Origin: Armatimonadota bacterium
Lineage (GTDB): Bacteria; Armatimonadota; Zipacnadia; JAUWAU01
Assembly (NCBI GenBank): GCA_050114035.1
Contig: JASFTE010000001.1
Span: forward strand, 1-30,631
DNA length: 30,631 nt
Direction: 5' to 3'
Shown here one piece after another: positions 1 to 7,455 of the stretch. How positions within the stretch are numbered: position 1 is the stretch's first letter; each line of letters opens with the position of its first letter. The position numbers were made by a program, and so were the translations under genes. The notes under the pieces are model-generated. The model made no database searches, was not told where the DNA came from, and saw only the letters and a list, made by a program, of their open reading frames with translations.

Positions 1-2
1 AG

Positions 3-263
3 AAGGCCATCGTGCTCGACGCGTCGGCGACCCCCGGCAAGAAGGGAGTACGCGGAGTGGCCCAGGCGCTGGGTACCGAGGGGCACAAGGAGAGTCCCTA
101 CTACCTCGAGCTGTTTGACTTCTTCCGGTGCGTCCGGGACGACGACGAGGTCTTCTGCAGCGGCGAAGTTGGATTCCACAGCGCCGTAACGTGCCTCGCG
201 GCCAACGACGCCATGGAGCAGGAGAAGGTCATCGAGCTGAAGCCGGAGATGTACGCCGTGTAG
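3..263 (+). CDS. 3' fragment of a probable Gfo/Idh/MocA-family oxidoreductase (5' truncated by window edge)
   Basis: Frame is open from position 3 (KAIVLDASATPG...). The C-terminus 'ELFDFFRCVR...GFHSAVTCLAANDAMEQEKVIEL' resembles C-termini of this family; the diagnostic Rossmann N-terminus is not in the window. Confidence 0.45.
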   Translation, partial: KAIVLDASATPGKKGVRGVAQALGTEGHKESPYYLELFDFFRCVRDDDEVFCSGEVGFHSAVTCLAANDAMEQEKVIELKPEMYAV

Positions 264-310
264 CGTGCGGTCGCACCATGCGGGTTCGCGGGCAGACTGT
301 CGAAGCACAC

Positions 311-337
311 AGCGCGCCGCCACTCTGGCGGCGCGCT
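311..337 (+). terminator. Perfect 12-bp GC-rich hairpin, probable terminator or RNA-stabilising stem
   Basis: AGCGCGCCGCCA-ctc-TGGCGGCGCGCT lies 48 nt after the stop at 263; no clear U-tract. Confidence 0.45.
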
Positions 338-447
338 TGCGCTGTGGGTCTACACGAGATGTGGTGGCAGAGGTGCGTGGGACCCCGGGCGGGAAATGGC
401 GCAGCGTCTGACGAGGCGGGATGGTATCAGAGGGGAGCATCACGAGC

Positions 448-1278
448 ATGATTCGGCCCAGGCATACTCTGGCCGCGACGGCCGCGGCTGCCCTGGCACT
501 GTCGGTGTCGCAGGCCGCGTCTGCCGCACATCTGCTGCACCGAATACCGGGTGCACAGGCAGCACCGAAGCTCCGCGTCCTGATCCTCACGGGCAAGAAC
601 AACCACAACTGGCGTGCGACCACGCCGGTGCTGCGTGAGATGCTCGAGGAGACCGGGCGCTTCACGGTGCACGTGATGCACCGGCCGGAGAGCGCGACGC
701 TCAGCAAGTTCGCGCACTACGATGTATTGCTGAGCAACTACAACGCCCGCCCGCGGTGGGAGGAGCCAGCGGCGAGCGCCCTGCTGGACTATGTACGAGG
801 TGGGGGAGGGCTCGTGATCATTCACGCGGCCAACAACGCCTTCCCCGGCTGGGACGAGTATGACCAACTGATCGGCGGCGCGTGGCGCAGAGGCGCCGGA
901 CACGGAGTCAGGTGGAGCTTCCCGGTGGAGATAGTGGACCGGGACCACCCCGTCACGAGGGGCATGCCGGACTTCCAGAATGAGGTGGATGAGCTATATC
1001 ACCGCCTGACCATGCAGCCGCACATCCGACTGCTCGCCCATGCCTTCTCCAGGGAGGATAAGCGGGGCACGGGCAACTACGAGCCACAGTTGTGGATCGT
1101 GCGGTACGGCGAAGGTCGGGTGTTCCACAACTCCCTCGGCCACGACACGAAGCCCATGAGCGGGGTCGGCTTCATCAATGTCACGCGGCGCGGGACGGAA
1201 TGGGCGGCGACGGGACGCGTGACGATACCGATTCCTCCCGATTTCCCCAGGGCAAGACCGCAAGAGGCAGAGGAATAG
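448..1278 (+). CDS. Exported ThuA-like (class I glutamine amidotransferase-like fold) domain protein
   Basis: ATG 448 follows SD-like GAGGGGAG. Ala-rich signal peptide (TLAATAAAALALSVSQAASA), then 'VLILTGKNNHNWRATTP', 'GGGLVIIHAANNAF', 'DELYH', 'YGEGRVFHNSLGHD' typical of ThuA-like proteins. ORF track start 421 is an alternative. Confidence 0.8.
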   Translation: MIRPRHTLAATAAAALALSVSQAASAAHLLHRIPGAQAAPKLRVLILTGKNNHNWRATTPVLREMLEETGRFTVHVMHRPESATLSKFAHYDVLLSNYNARPRWEEPAASALLDYVRGGGGLVIIHAANNAFPGWDEYDQLIGGAWRRGAGHGVRWSFPVEIVDRDHPVTRGMPDFQNEVDELYHRLTMQPHIRLLAHAFSREDKRGTGNYEPQLWIVRYGEGRVFHNSLGHDTKPMSGVGFINVTRRGTEWAATGRVTIPIPPDFPRARPQEAEE

Positions 1279-1477
1279 GCGACCGGATCGAGGACTGTAG
1301 GACACCTTACATTTGGCCACCTCCTGCGTTCGGTCGTGGCGTTACTAACTGTCGGTAATGGGGCGTAGAAGGTATACGCTGCCATTGTGTGGGCGATGCA
1401 TGGTGGCTGCGGCGCCGACGGGGCCGTGGTCGGCGCCCGGACAAGCTGAGGTCAGACCAGAGAAGGGGGAACGTCAG

Positions 1478-2074
1478 ATGCCTCACGAGCTTCCTGCGCT
1501 GCCGTACGATTACGATGCTCTCGAGCCGCACTACGACGAGCAGACGGTGAAACTGCATCATGACATTCACCACAACGGGTACGTCACCGGGCTGAACGCC
1601 GCCGAGGAGAAGGTCGCGGCAATGCTGGAGTCGGGCGACTTCACGGCCGCCAAGCCGGTGTGCAAGGAGTTGGCCTTCCACGGATCAGGCCACATCCTGC
1701 ACTCCATCTTCTGGACCAACATGAAGGCGGGCGGCGGCGGCGAACCGAGCGGCGCTCTGGCCGACGCGATTGCCGCGCAGTTCGGCAGCTACGATGCCTT
1801 CAAGGGGCTCTTCCTGGCCGCCACGAACGCCGTCGAGGGTTCTGGCTGGGGAATCCTGGGCAAGTGCCCCGAGACGGGCGTCCTGGCTGTCATGCAGGCG
1901 GAGAAGCACGAGAACCTGACGGCGTGGGGCATCACGCCGATCCTCGTGCTGGACGTCTGGGAGCACGCGTACTACCTGAAGTACCAGAACAAGCGCCCCG
2001 ACTGGACGGCGGCGTTTATGGATCACCTCGTGGACTGGGACAACGTGGCGGAGCGATTCGCTGCCGGAACGTAA
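1478..2074 (+). CDS. sod: Fe/Mn superoxide dismutase
   Basis: ATG 1478 after SD AGAAGGGGGA; MPHELPALPYDYDALEPH, metal ligands in LHHDIHH, FHGSGHILHSIFW and DVWEHAYYLKYQN. Confidence 0.97.
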   Translation: MPHELPALPYDYDALEPHYDEQTVKLHHDIHHNGYVTGLNAAEEKVAAMLESGDFTAAKPVCKELAFHGSGHILHSIFWTNMKAGGGGEPSGALADAIAAQFGSYDAFKGLFLAATNAVEGSGWGILGKCPETGVLAVMQAEKHENLTAWGITPILVLDVWEHAYYLKYQNKRPDWTAAFMDHLVDWDNVAERFAAGT

Positions 2075-2106
2075 GGGAAAGGACACGTCTCCTGAGGCGG
2101 AGCTGC

Positions 2107-2153
2107 GCAGCCGGGTGCCACGCCCTGTTGGCGGGCCCGCGGTGCCCGGCTGC
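2107..2153. terminator. Stem-loop between convergent sod and M42 peptidase genes, candidate bidirectional terminator
   Basis: GCAGCCGGGTGCC (2107-2119) pairs with GGTGCCCGGCTGC (2141-2153): 13 bp including 2 G-U pairs on the plus-strand RNA. Confidence 0.5.
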
Positions 2154-2185
2154 ACTGGTCTGTGGTGTCAGAATTGCTGAGCCAC

Positions 2186-3268
2186 TCAGGGCGGCGAGAG
2201 CAGCTTTGCCACCCGTGCCGCGTCCAGGCGTTTGATGAGCGCGAGCAGGAGCTTGACGGCGTTGTCGAAGTCGCGGGCGTGGATGATGCCCGTGTGGGAG
2301 TGGATGTGGCGCGTGGGCACGCCGACGATGAGGCACGGGACGCCGCGCGCGTGCAGGTGCATCCTCCCGCCGTCGGTGCCGCCGCGCTCCAGGATGGAGA
2401 CCTGGTGCGGGATCTTGTCCCGCTTGCACACGTCAATGGCGAAGTCGCGGAAGCGGGCGTCCGGGATCATGGATCCCTCGAGCAAGTAGATGGTGACTCC
2501 GCCGCCGAGCTTCACGGACGACTCCTCGTCGCTGATGCCCGGGACGTCGCCGGCGATGCCGGTCTCGAGTACGATCCCCAGATCCGGCCCAATGGTCTGC
2601 ACGCTCGTCTGGGCGCCCCGGAGGCCCACCTCCTCCTGGACGGTCCCGACGCCAAACAGCACGTTGGGGTGCTTCCTTCTCTTGAGGCGCTTCAGCGTCT
2701 CGACGAACAGCCCGACTCCGACGCGGTCGTCCCAGGCCTTGGCCATGAGGAGCTGCTTGTTCGCCATGCGGCCGAAGGCGCTCAGGGGAGTGATGGGGTC
2801 CCCGGGCAGAATGCCAAACGTGTCGGTGGCCTGCCGCTTGTCTCGGGCGCCGACGTCGATGAACATATTGCTGCGCTTCTGCACCTTGTTGCGCTCGTCG
2901 GGGCTGAGCAGGTGGGGTGGCTTGGAGCCGATGATGCCGGTGACGGGCCCCTTGCGGGTCTCGATCACCACCCGCTGGCCGAGCAGTACCTGGTCCCACC
3001 AGCCGCCGAGGGGGCTGAACTTGACGAAGCCCTTCTTGGTCACGATGTTGACCATGAAGCCGATCTCGTCCATGTGACCGGCGAGCATGATCTTGGGGCC
3101 GCCGGAGCCGCCGTCCTTCTCGCAGATGATGCTCCCCAGATGATCGCGCGAGATGTCCGTGAACGCCCCGACCTCCCGCTCGACTATCTTGGCGATGTTC
3201 CCCTCGAAGCCGGGGACGCCGTTCGCCTCGGTCAACTCACGCAGAAGCTCGACGGTCGCGTCTCTCAT
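2186..3268 (-). CDS. M42 family metallo-aminopeptidase (TET/glutamyl aminopeptidase-like)
   Basis: Motifs AGHMDEIG, KAWDDRVG, TVQEEVGLRGA, GGTDGG, GVPTRHIHS. Confidence 0.95.
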   Translation of the reverse strand: MRDATVELLRELTEANGVPGFEGNIAKIVEREVGAFTDISRDHLGSIICEKDGGSGGPKIMLAGHMDEIGFMVNIVTKKGFVKFSPLGGWWDQVLLGQRVVIETRKGPVTGIIGSKPPHLLSPDERNKVQKRSNMFIDVGARDKRQATDTFGILPGDPITPLSAFGRMANKQLLMAKAWDDRVGVGLFVETLKRLKRRKHPNVLFGVGTVQEEVGLRGAQTSVQTIGPDLGIVLETGIAGDVPGISDEESSVKLGGGVTIYLLEGSMIPDARFRDFAIDVCKRDKIPHQVSILERGGTDGGRMHLHARGVPCLIVGVPTRHIHSHTGIIHARDFDNAVKLLLALIKRLDAARVAKLLSPP

Positions 3269-3424
3269 CGGTCAATGCCTCTTCGTGGCGTCGCTCTCAT
3301 TGGGCGGGGCCTTGCGATCCCGCAGCCCGCATTCCCGGTCGCGGCCAGAGCTCGGAAGCCTACGCAGCGCTGAGCGCAGCAGGTCGCCGATGCTGCGGCA
3401 TTCTACTGGCGCGCGGTGCGGCCG

Positions 3425-3775
3425 TCAAGCACACTCGACATCGAGGGCGTCCACGGAGAGCTCCAGGCCCGAGGTGACTTCGATCCGGGGCGACTCGCAC
3501 TTGGGGCAAGCGGCGAGCATGTGCTCGATGGGGAATTCGTCGCCGCAGTCCGTACAACGCGCCGCTGCGGCGATGTGGTTCACGTCCAACGTTGCGCCCT
3601 CGGCCGGCGTGCCCTCAGCGACACACCGGAAGTGCAGTTGGAGCGCATCGGGGGAGATGCCCTTGAGCGCCCCGAGGTTCAGCTTCACGCCAACGACGCG
3701 CCGGACATCGGCGCGCCGTGCCTCCTTGAGCACGCCATCGAGGATATTCTTGGCGATACTGAGCTCGTGATGCAT
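3425..3775 (-). CDS. hypA: Hydrogenase maturation nickel metallochaperone HypA
   Basis: MHHELSIA N-terminus, G-x-L...P-x-AL-x-x-x-F core, Zn-finger CTDC...CPKC, GLEL; 116 aa. Confidence 0.95.
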   Translation of the reverse strand: MHHELSIAKNILDGVLKEARRADVRRVVGVKLNLGALKGISPDALQLHFRCVAEGTPAEGATLDVNHIAAAARCTDCGDEFPIEHMLAACPKCESPRIEVTSGLELSVDALDVECA

Positions 3776-3781
3776 CTTGGG

Positions 3782-3787
3782 ATGGTA
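3782..3787 (-). promoter_or_regulatory. Possible -10 element (TACCAT) for a leaderless hypA transcript
   Basis: TANNNT hexamer 6 nt upstream of the hypA ATG; no SD-like purine tract upstream and no good -35. Confidence 0.3.
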
Positions 3788-3848
3788 CGGCAGGGGCAGA
3801 GGGGAAGGAGTACGGAAATGGGCGACCTGGCCGCCGCCCTCCGCCGCC

Positions 3849-4424
3849 CTAGACCGCGTGTCCCCTTTCCCCTCGCCCCTGGCCCCCGCCGGTAAGATGA
3901 GGGAACGCCTCCCGGACGATGGTGGTGGCTATACCCGGGACCGCCTCTTCGATCTCAGGCGACAGATGCTCCCCAAAGCAATACGGATCATGCACCTCCA
4001 CGCCGTATATGGCGACGACGGAGGGCACGTTCATTCCCACGCGCTGGCCGAAGCGCAGGGCCGTGTGGAAATCCATGCCATGCTGCCACGCCAGACGGTG
4101 TGTGCCGGCCTTCATCTCCAGGGGAACACGATGGAGCGTCCCCGGCGGAGCTTCGCCCGTCTGGATGGCGTCGATGACGATCAGCTTGTGGTATCCCTGA
4201 ATGACATCGAGCAGGCGGAGACCACCTGCGCTGGCCTCGTCCACGTCTGCCTCGTGGGCCTCGATGCGGCGGCGCAGCTCCCTGGCGACATGCAGCCCCA
4301 CCGCGTCGTCTGACATGATGGGGCTGCCGAGGCCGAGGATGAGAACGTCCGGACGCTCTCGCCCGGACGGTCCCGCGTGTGCATCCGTCACAGAATTGGT
4401 CTGTGGCTCTGCGTCTGCGGCCAC
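3849..4424 (-). CDS. [NiFe]-hydrogenase maturation endopeptidase (HybD/HycI family)
   Basis: VLILGLGSPIMSDDAVG, LIVIDAI, WQHGMDF supply the D/D/H metal residues. Start uncertain: GTG 4433, 4424 or 4391; the ORF-track start 4535 lies inside mvhA. Confidence 0.9.
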   Translation of the reverse strand: MAADAEPQTNSVTDAHAGPSGRERPDVLILGLGSPIMSDDAVGLHVARELRRRIEAHEADVDEASAGGLRLLDVIQGYHKLIVIDAIQTGEAPPGTLHRVPLEMKAGTHRLAWQHGMDFHTALRFGQRVGMNVPSVVAIYGVEVHDPYCFGEHLSPEIEEAVPGIATTIVREAFPHLTGGGQGRGERGHAV

Positions 4425-4432
4425 CGAGCTCA

Positions 4433-5899
4433 CTATCCTCGTGTCAGCGTCTGCACGACGCGCCCGGCGGTGTCGCGGATCTCGATTTCGAGAGGCATCT
4501 GCCCCGGCAGGGCATGGGTCGCGCAGCCGAAGCACGGGTCGTACGCGCGGAAGGCCATCTCCACCATGTTGAGCAGGCCCTCGCTGACCTCTGTGCCGGG
4601 CACGATGAGGGCCTGGGCGGCCCGCTTGATGGACATGCAGATGGCGCCGTAGTTGTGGCCCGTGCCGACGATGAGGTTGACCTTCTTCGCCATGCCCTCT
4701 TCGTCGGGCACGTAGTGGTGGATGAGCGTGCCGCGTGGCGACTCGACTACGCCCATGCCCTCCCCGGGCGTCTCGGTCGGGATGGCGTGGAACTCCTCGC
4801 TCACGATCTCCTCGTCCTGGATGAGCTCCACCATGCGCTCGGCCGAGTAGAGCATCTCGACGAGCCGCGCCCAGTGCATCGCCAGCGTGGCATGGCAGGG
4901 CTTGCCGCCGACAGTCTCGTACATGCGTTCGTACTCGGCCTGTGCCTGCGGCGTGGCCATGCCGTCGGCCGCGTTCAGGCGCGCCAGGGGGGCCACGCGA
5001 TACAGGCCGCTGTCCTTGCCGTCCTCGAGGCCCTTCCAGCCCACCTGCTTGAGGTATGGGAACTTGAGGTACGACCAGGACTCGACGTGCTCGCCTATGT
5101 GCTCGAGGTAGTCGCTCGCCCCGAACTTGTTGATCTCGTTGCCCTCGGGATCGACTGTTCGGAGCATCCCGTCGTAGAAGTTCACGCAGTTGTTCTCGTC
5201 CACCAGCCCCATATAGTACGTCTGGTGCTGGAACGCGTCGCTCAGGATCAGGTCAACGTACTCCTGGTTCCCAAGCACAACGTCGTTGAAGACCTGGAGG
5301 GAGAGCTTGGCGAACTCCACGGCGCCGTTGGCGATCTCTTGGACTCTCGCCCGCTCTTCGTCATCCAGGCCTTTGCTGACACCTCCAGGGATGGCGGCCA
5401 CCGGGTGAACGGGACGCCCGCCGAGGATCTCGATGACTTCGTAGCAACTGAGCCGGGCATCAATGACCTGCTTGCCCAGCTCGACGCCGACCTTGCCAAT
5501 CAGGCCGAGGATGTTGCGCTCGGCCGGGTCCGCGGTCGGGCCGACGACGAAGTCGGGGCCGGCAAGGATATAGAAGTGGGTGGCATGGTCGCCCACGTAG
5601 AAGGCGTTGTAGAGCAGCTCGCGCAGCTTCTTGGCGGCGCCGGGGGGATCGACCCGGTAGCAGGCGTCCGCGGCCTTGGCGCTGGCCATGTGGTGCGCCT
5701 CCGGGCACACGCCGCAGATGCGCGGCGTAATGCGCGGCAGCTCCTCGATAGGGCGGCCCTCGCAGAATTTCTCGAAGCCGCGGAGCTCCGGGATCTGCAG
5801 ATAGGCGTCGCGCACTCCGCCCTCGTCGTTGAGGAAGATCTGTATCTTCCCATGTCCTTCAAGGCGAGTGATCGGATCAACTACGAGCGTCTGTGCCAT
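4433..5899 (-). CDS. mvhA: [NiFe]-hydrogenase large subunit, MvhA/VhuA type (group 3c)
   Basis: L1 RICGVCPEAH, L2 RAYDPCFGCATH, N-terminal DPITRLEGHG, 26-aa cleavable C-terminal extension; SD GAGGAGG; context mvhD-mvhG-hdr. Confidence 0.95.
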   Translation of the reverse strand: MAQTLVVDPITRLEGHGKIQIFLNDEGGVRDAYLQIPELRGFEKFCEGRPIEELPRITPRICGVCPEAHHMASAKAADACYRVDPPGAAKKLRELLYNAFYVGDHATHFYILAGPDFVVGPTADPAERNILGLIGKVGVELGKQVIDARLSCYEVIEILGGRPVHPVAAIPGGVSKGLDDEERARVQEIANGAVEFAKLSLQVFNDVVLGNQEYVDLILSDAFQHQTYYMGLVDENNCVNFYDGMLRTVDPEGNEINKFGASDYLEHIGEHVESWSYLKFPYLKQVGWKGLEDGKDSGLYRVAPLARLNAADGMATPQAQAEYERMYETVGGKPCHATLAMHWARLVEMLYSAERMVELIQDEEIVSEEFHAIPTETPGEGMGVVESPRGTLIHHYVPDEEGMAKKVNLIVGTGHNYGAICMSIKRAAQALIVPGTEVSEGLLNMVEMAFRAYDPCFGCATHALPGQMPLEIEIRDTAGRVVQTLTRG

Positions 5900-5948
5900 G
5901 CCTCAGAGTCCTCCTCGGTCCGGAAGCGACCGGTAAGTACAGGCCCCG

Positions 5949-6968
5949 CTAGCCCTTCGCTGCCGCCCGCGCCGACTCGGCTGGGAGGGCCGTCTCTTCG
6001 CTGTGAGCGATGGGGCGATATCGCCGGCGAAGCAAGGAGCGGGCCAGGCCAAACCGGTAGAAGGTGCCGCCCGGGTCCTTTATCTGGGCGATGATCTCCT
6101 GAATTGTGTCCTCGTCCTCCGAGTCTATGACCGAGGCGACAGCACTGAGCATCTTTGCGCCTTGGTCCAGCACATTGGCCGGAGGCCCGTAGCAGCCGCG
6201 GCACGGCATGTTGGCCGTGGGGCACTTGGCGCCGCACCCGGCCCGGGTCGCGGGGCCCACGCAGATTACGCCCTGGTCGAGCAGGCACTGCTCGGGATCG
6301 GCCTTGATCTCGTGCGGACGATGGATGGCCGTGAGCTTCTTCTCCTCCCGCTCCCGCTCGCACTCCTCGCAACACGTCTTCTCCAACGCGCCAACGACGG
6401 AGCCTGGAGGCGGGAGCTCGCCGCTCAGGACGGCCGCCAGCACCTCCCAGATGCGGTCCCCCTCGGGCGGGCAGCCGGGGACGTAGTACTCCACCTGGAC
6501 GGTCTGGTCGAGAGTCCTCACCGTGTTGTAGAAGGCGGGTAGCTCCAGCTCGCCGGCGGGGACCTGCGTGCTCGTCTGGGGCACGGTACGCTCCGGGTTG
6601 TCGGTGGATTGACTCTCGTGGTACGCGCGATCGAAGATCTCGTCCCGGTCGTGGAAGTTGGCCAGGCCCGGAATGCCACCGAGATGTGCACACGCGCCAA
6701 AGGCAACCATGACCTTGGACTTGGCGCGCAGGAGATGAGCGATCTCCTCCTGTTCGGATGTGCGGATGCCTCCGTTGAAGAGGCACAGGTCGATGCTGCC
6801 GTCATCCATCGCCTCGACGTGATGGACCTTGAAGTCGAGAGCGACGGGCCAGAAGACGATATCGACTGCGTCGGCCAGATCGAGTACCTTCTGGCCGATC
6901 TGGAGGACAGCGATCTCGCACCCGCCACAGCTTGCGGCCCAATAGAGCGCGACCTTTGGCTTGCTCAC
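5949..6968 (-). CDS. mvhG: [NiFe]-hydrogenase small subunit, MvhG type (339 aa)
   Basis: GTG 6968 overlaps the mvhD stop (GTGA). ASCGGCE, FGACA, VPGCPP proximal-cluster motifs plus Cys-rich C-terminus (CCEEC, CLL..G.IC.GPATRAGC...CP...MPCRGC). No Tat signal, so cytoplasmic. Confidence 0.95.
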   Translation of the reverse strand: MSKPKVALYWAASCGGCEIAVLQIGQKVLDLADAVDIVFWPVALDFKVHHVEAMDDGSIDLCLFNGGIRTSEQEEIAHLLRAKSKVMVAFGACAHLGGIPGLANFHDRDEIFDRAYHESQSTDNPERTVPQTSTQVPAGELELPAFYNTVRTLDQTVQVEYYVPGCPPEGDRIWEVLAAVLSGELPPPGSVVGALEKTCCEECEREREEKKLTAIHRPHEIKADPEQCLLDQGVICVGPATRAGCGAKCPTANMPCRGCYGPPANVLDQGAKMLSAVASVIDSEDEDTIQEIIAQIKDPGGTFYRFGLARSLLRRRYRPIAHSEETALPAESARAAAKG

Positions 6969-7414
6969 GGCGCGGGGACCTCCTCTTCCGTGTGGACCTG
7001 CCCGGCCCAGTTCAGCGGCCCGAGGCCGCGGACTGTCTCTGTTATCTCTGACACGACCTGGCCGAACTTCTCGCCCTCGGACGCCGACACCCACTCCAGG
7101 CGGACACGCTCTCTCTCGATGCCGAACTGGTCCAGCAGCGCATGCAGCAGGGGGATGCGCCGCATGACATTGTAGTTGCCGCGCTGATAGTGGCAGTCCC
7201 CCGGGTGGCACCCGCAGATGAGGACACCATCGGCGCCATCGGCCAATGCCTTCAGGACGAAGCTCGGATCCACCCGGCCGCTGCACATCACTCGGATGGG
7301 GATAACGTTCGGCGGGTACTTCCGCCTACTGACGCCTGCCAGGTCAGCTCCCTGGTAGCTGCACCAGCGGCATAGGAACCCGACTATCTGTGGCTCGAAT
7401 GCTTCGTCAGCCAT
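6965..7414 (-). CDS. mvhD: [2Fe-2S] adaptor subunit MvhD
   Basis: GFLCRWCSYQGADLAG, IRVMCSGRVDP, GADGVLICGCHPGDCHY, RVRLEWVSASEG; SD GAGGAG. Confidence 0.96.
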   Translation of the reverse strand: MADEAFEPQIVGFLCRWCSYQGADLAGVSRRKYPPNVIPIRVMCSGRVDPSFVLKALADGADGVLICGCHPGDCHYQRGNYNVMRRIPLLHALLDQFGIERERVRLEWVSASEGEKFGQVVSEITETVRGLGPLNWAGQVHTEEEVPAP

Positions 7415-7455
7415 GTGCGATTCGCTCCTCGACGATCGTCATCGCGCGCCAGGCG

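Noticed and set aside
4379-6094. Long antisense ORFs (e.g. 2162-3373+, 4379-6094+, 7390-8229+, 12742-13782+, 15385-16698-, 28075-29547-, 29650-30609-)
   Set aside because: They are shadows of real genes caused by high-GC codon bias; no motifs and no SDs noted.
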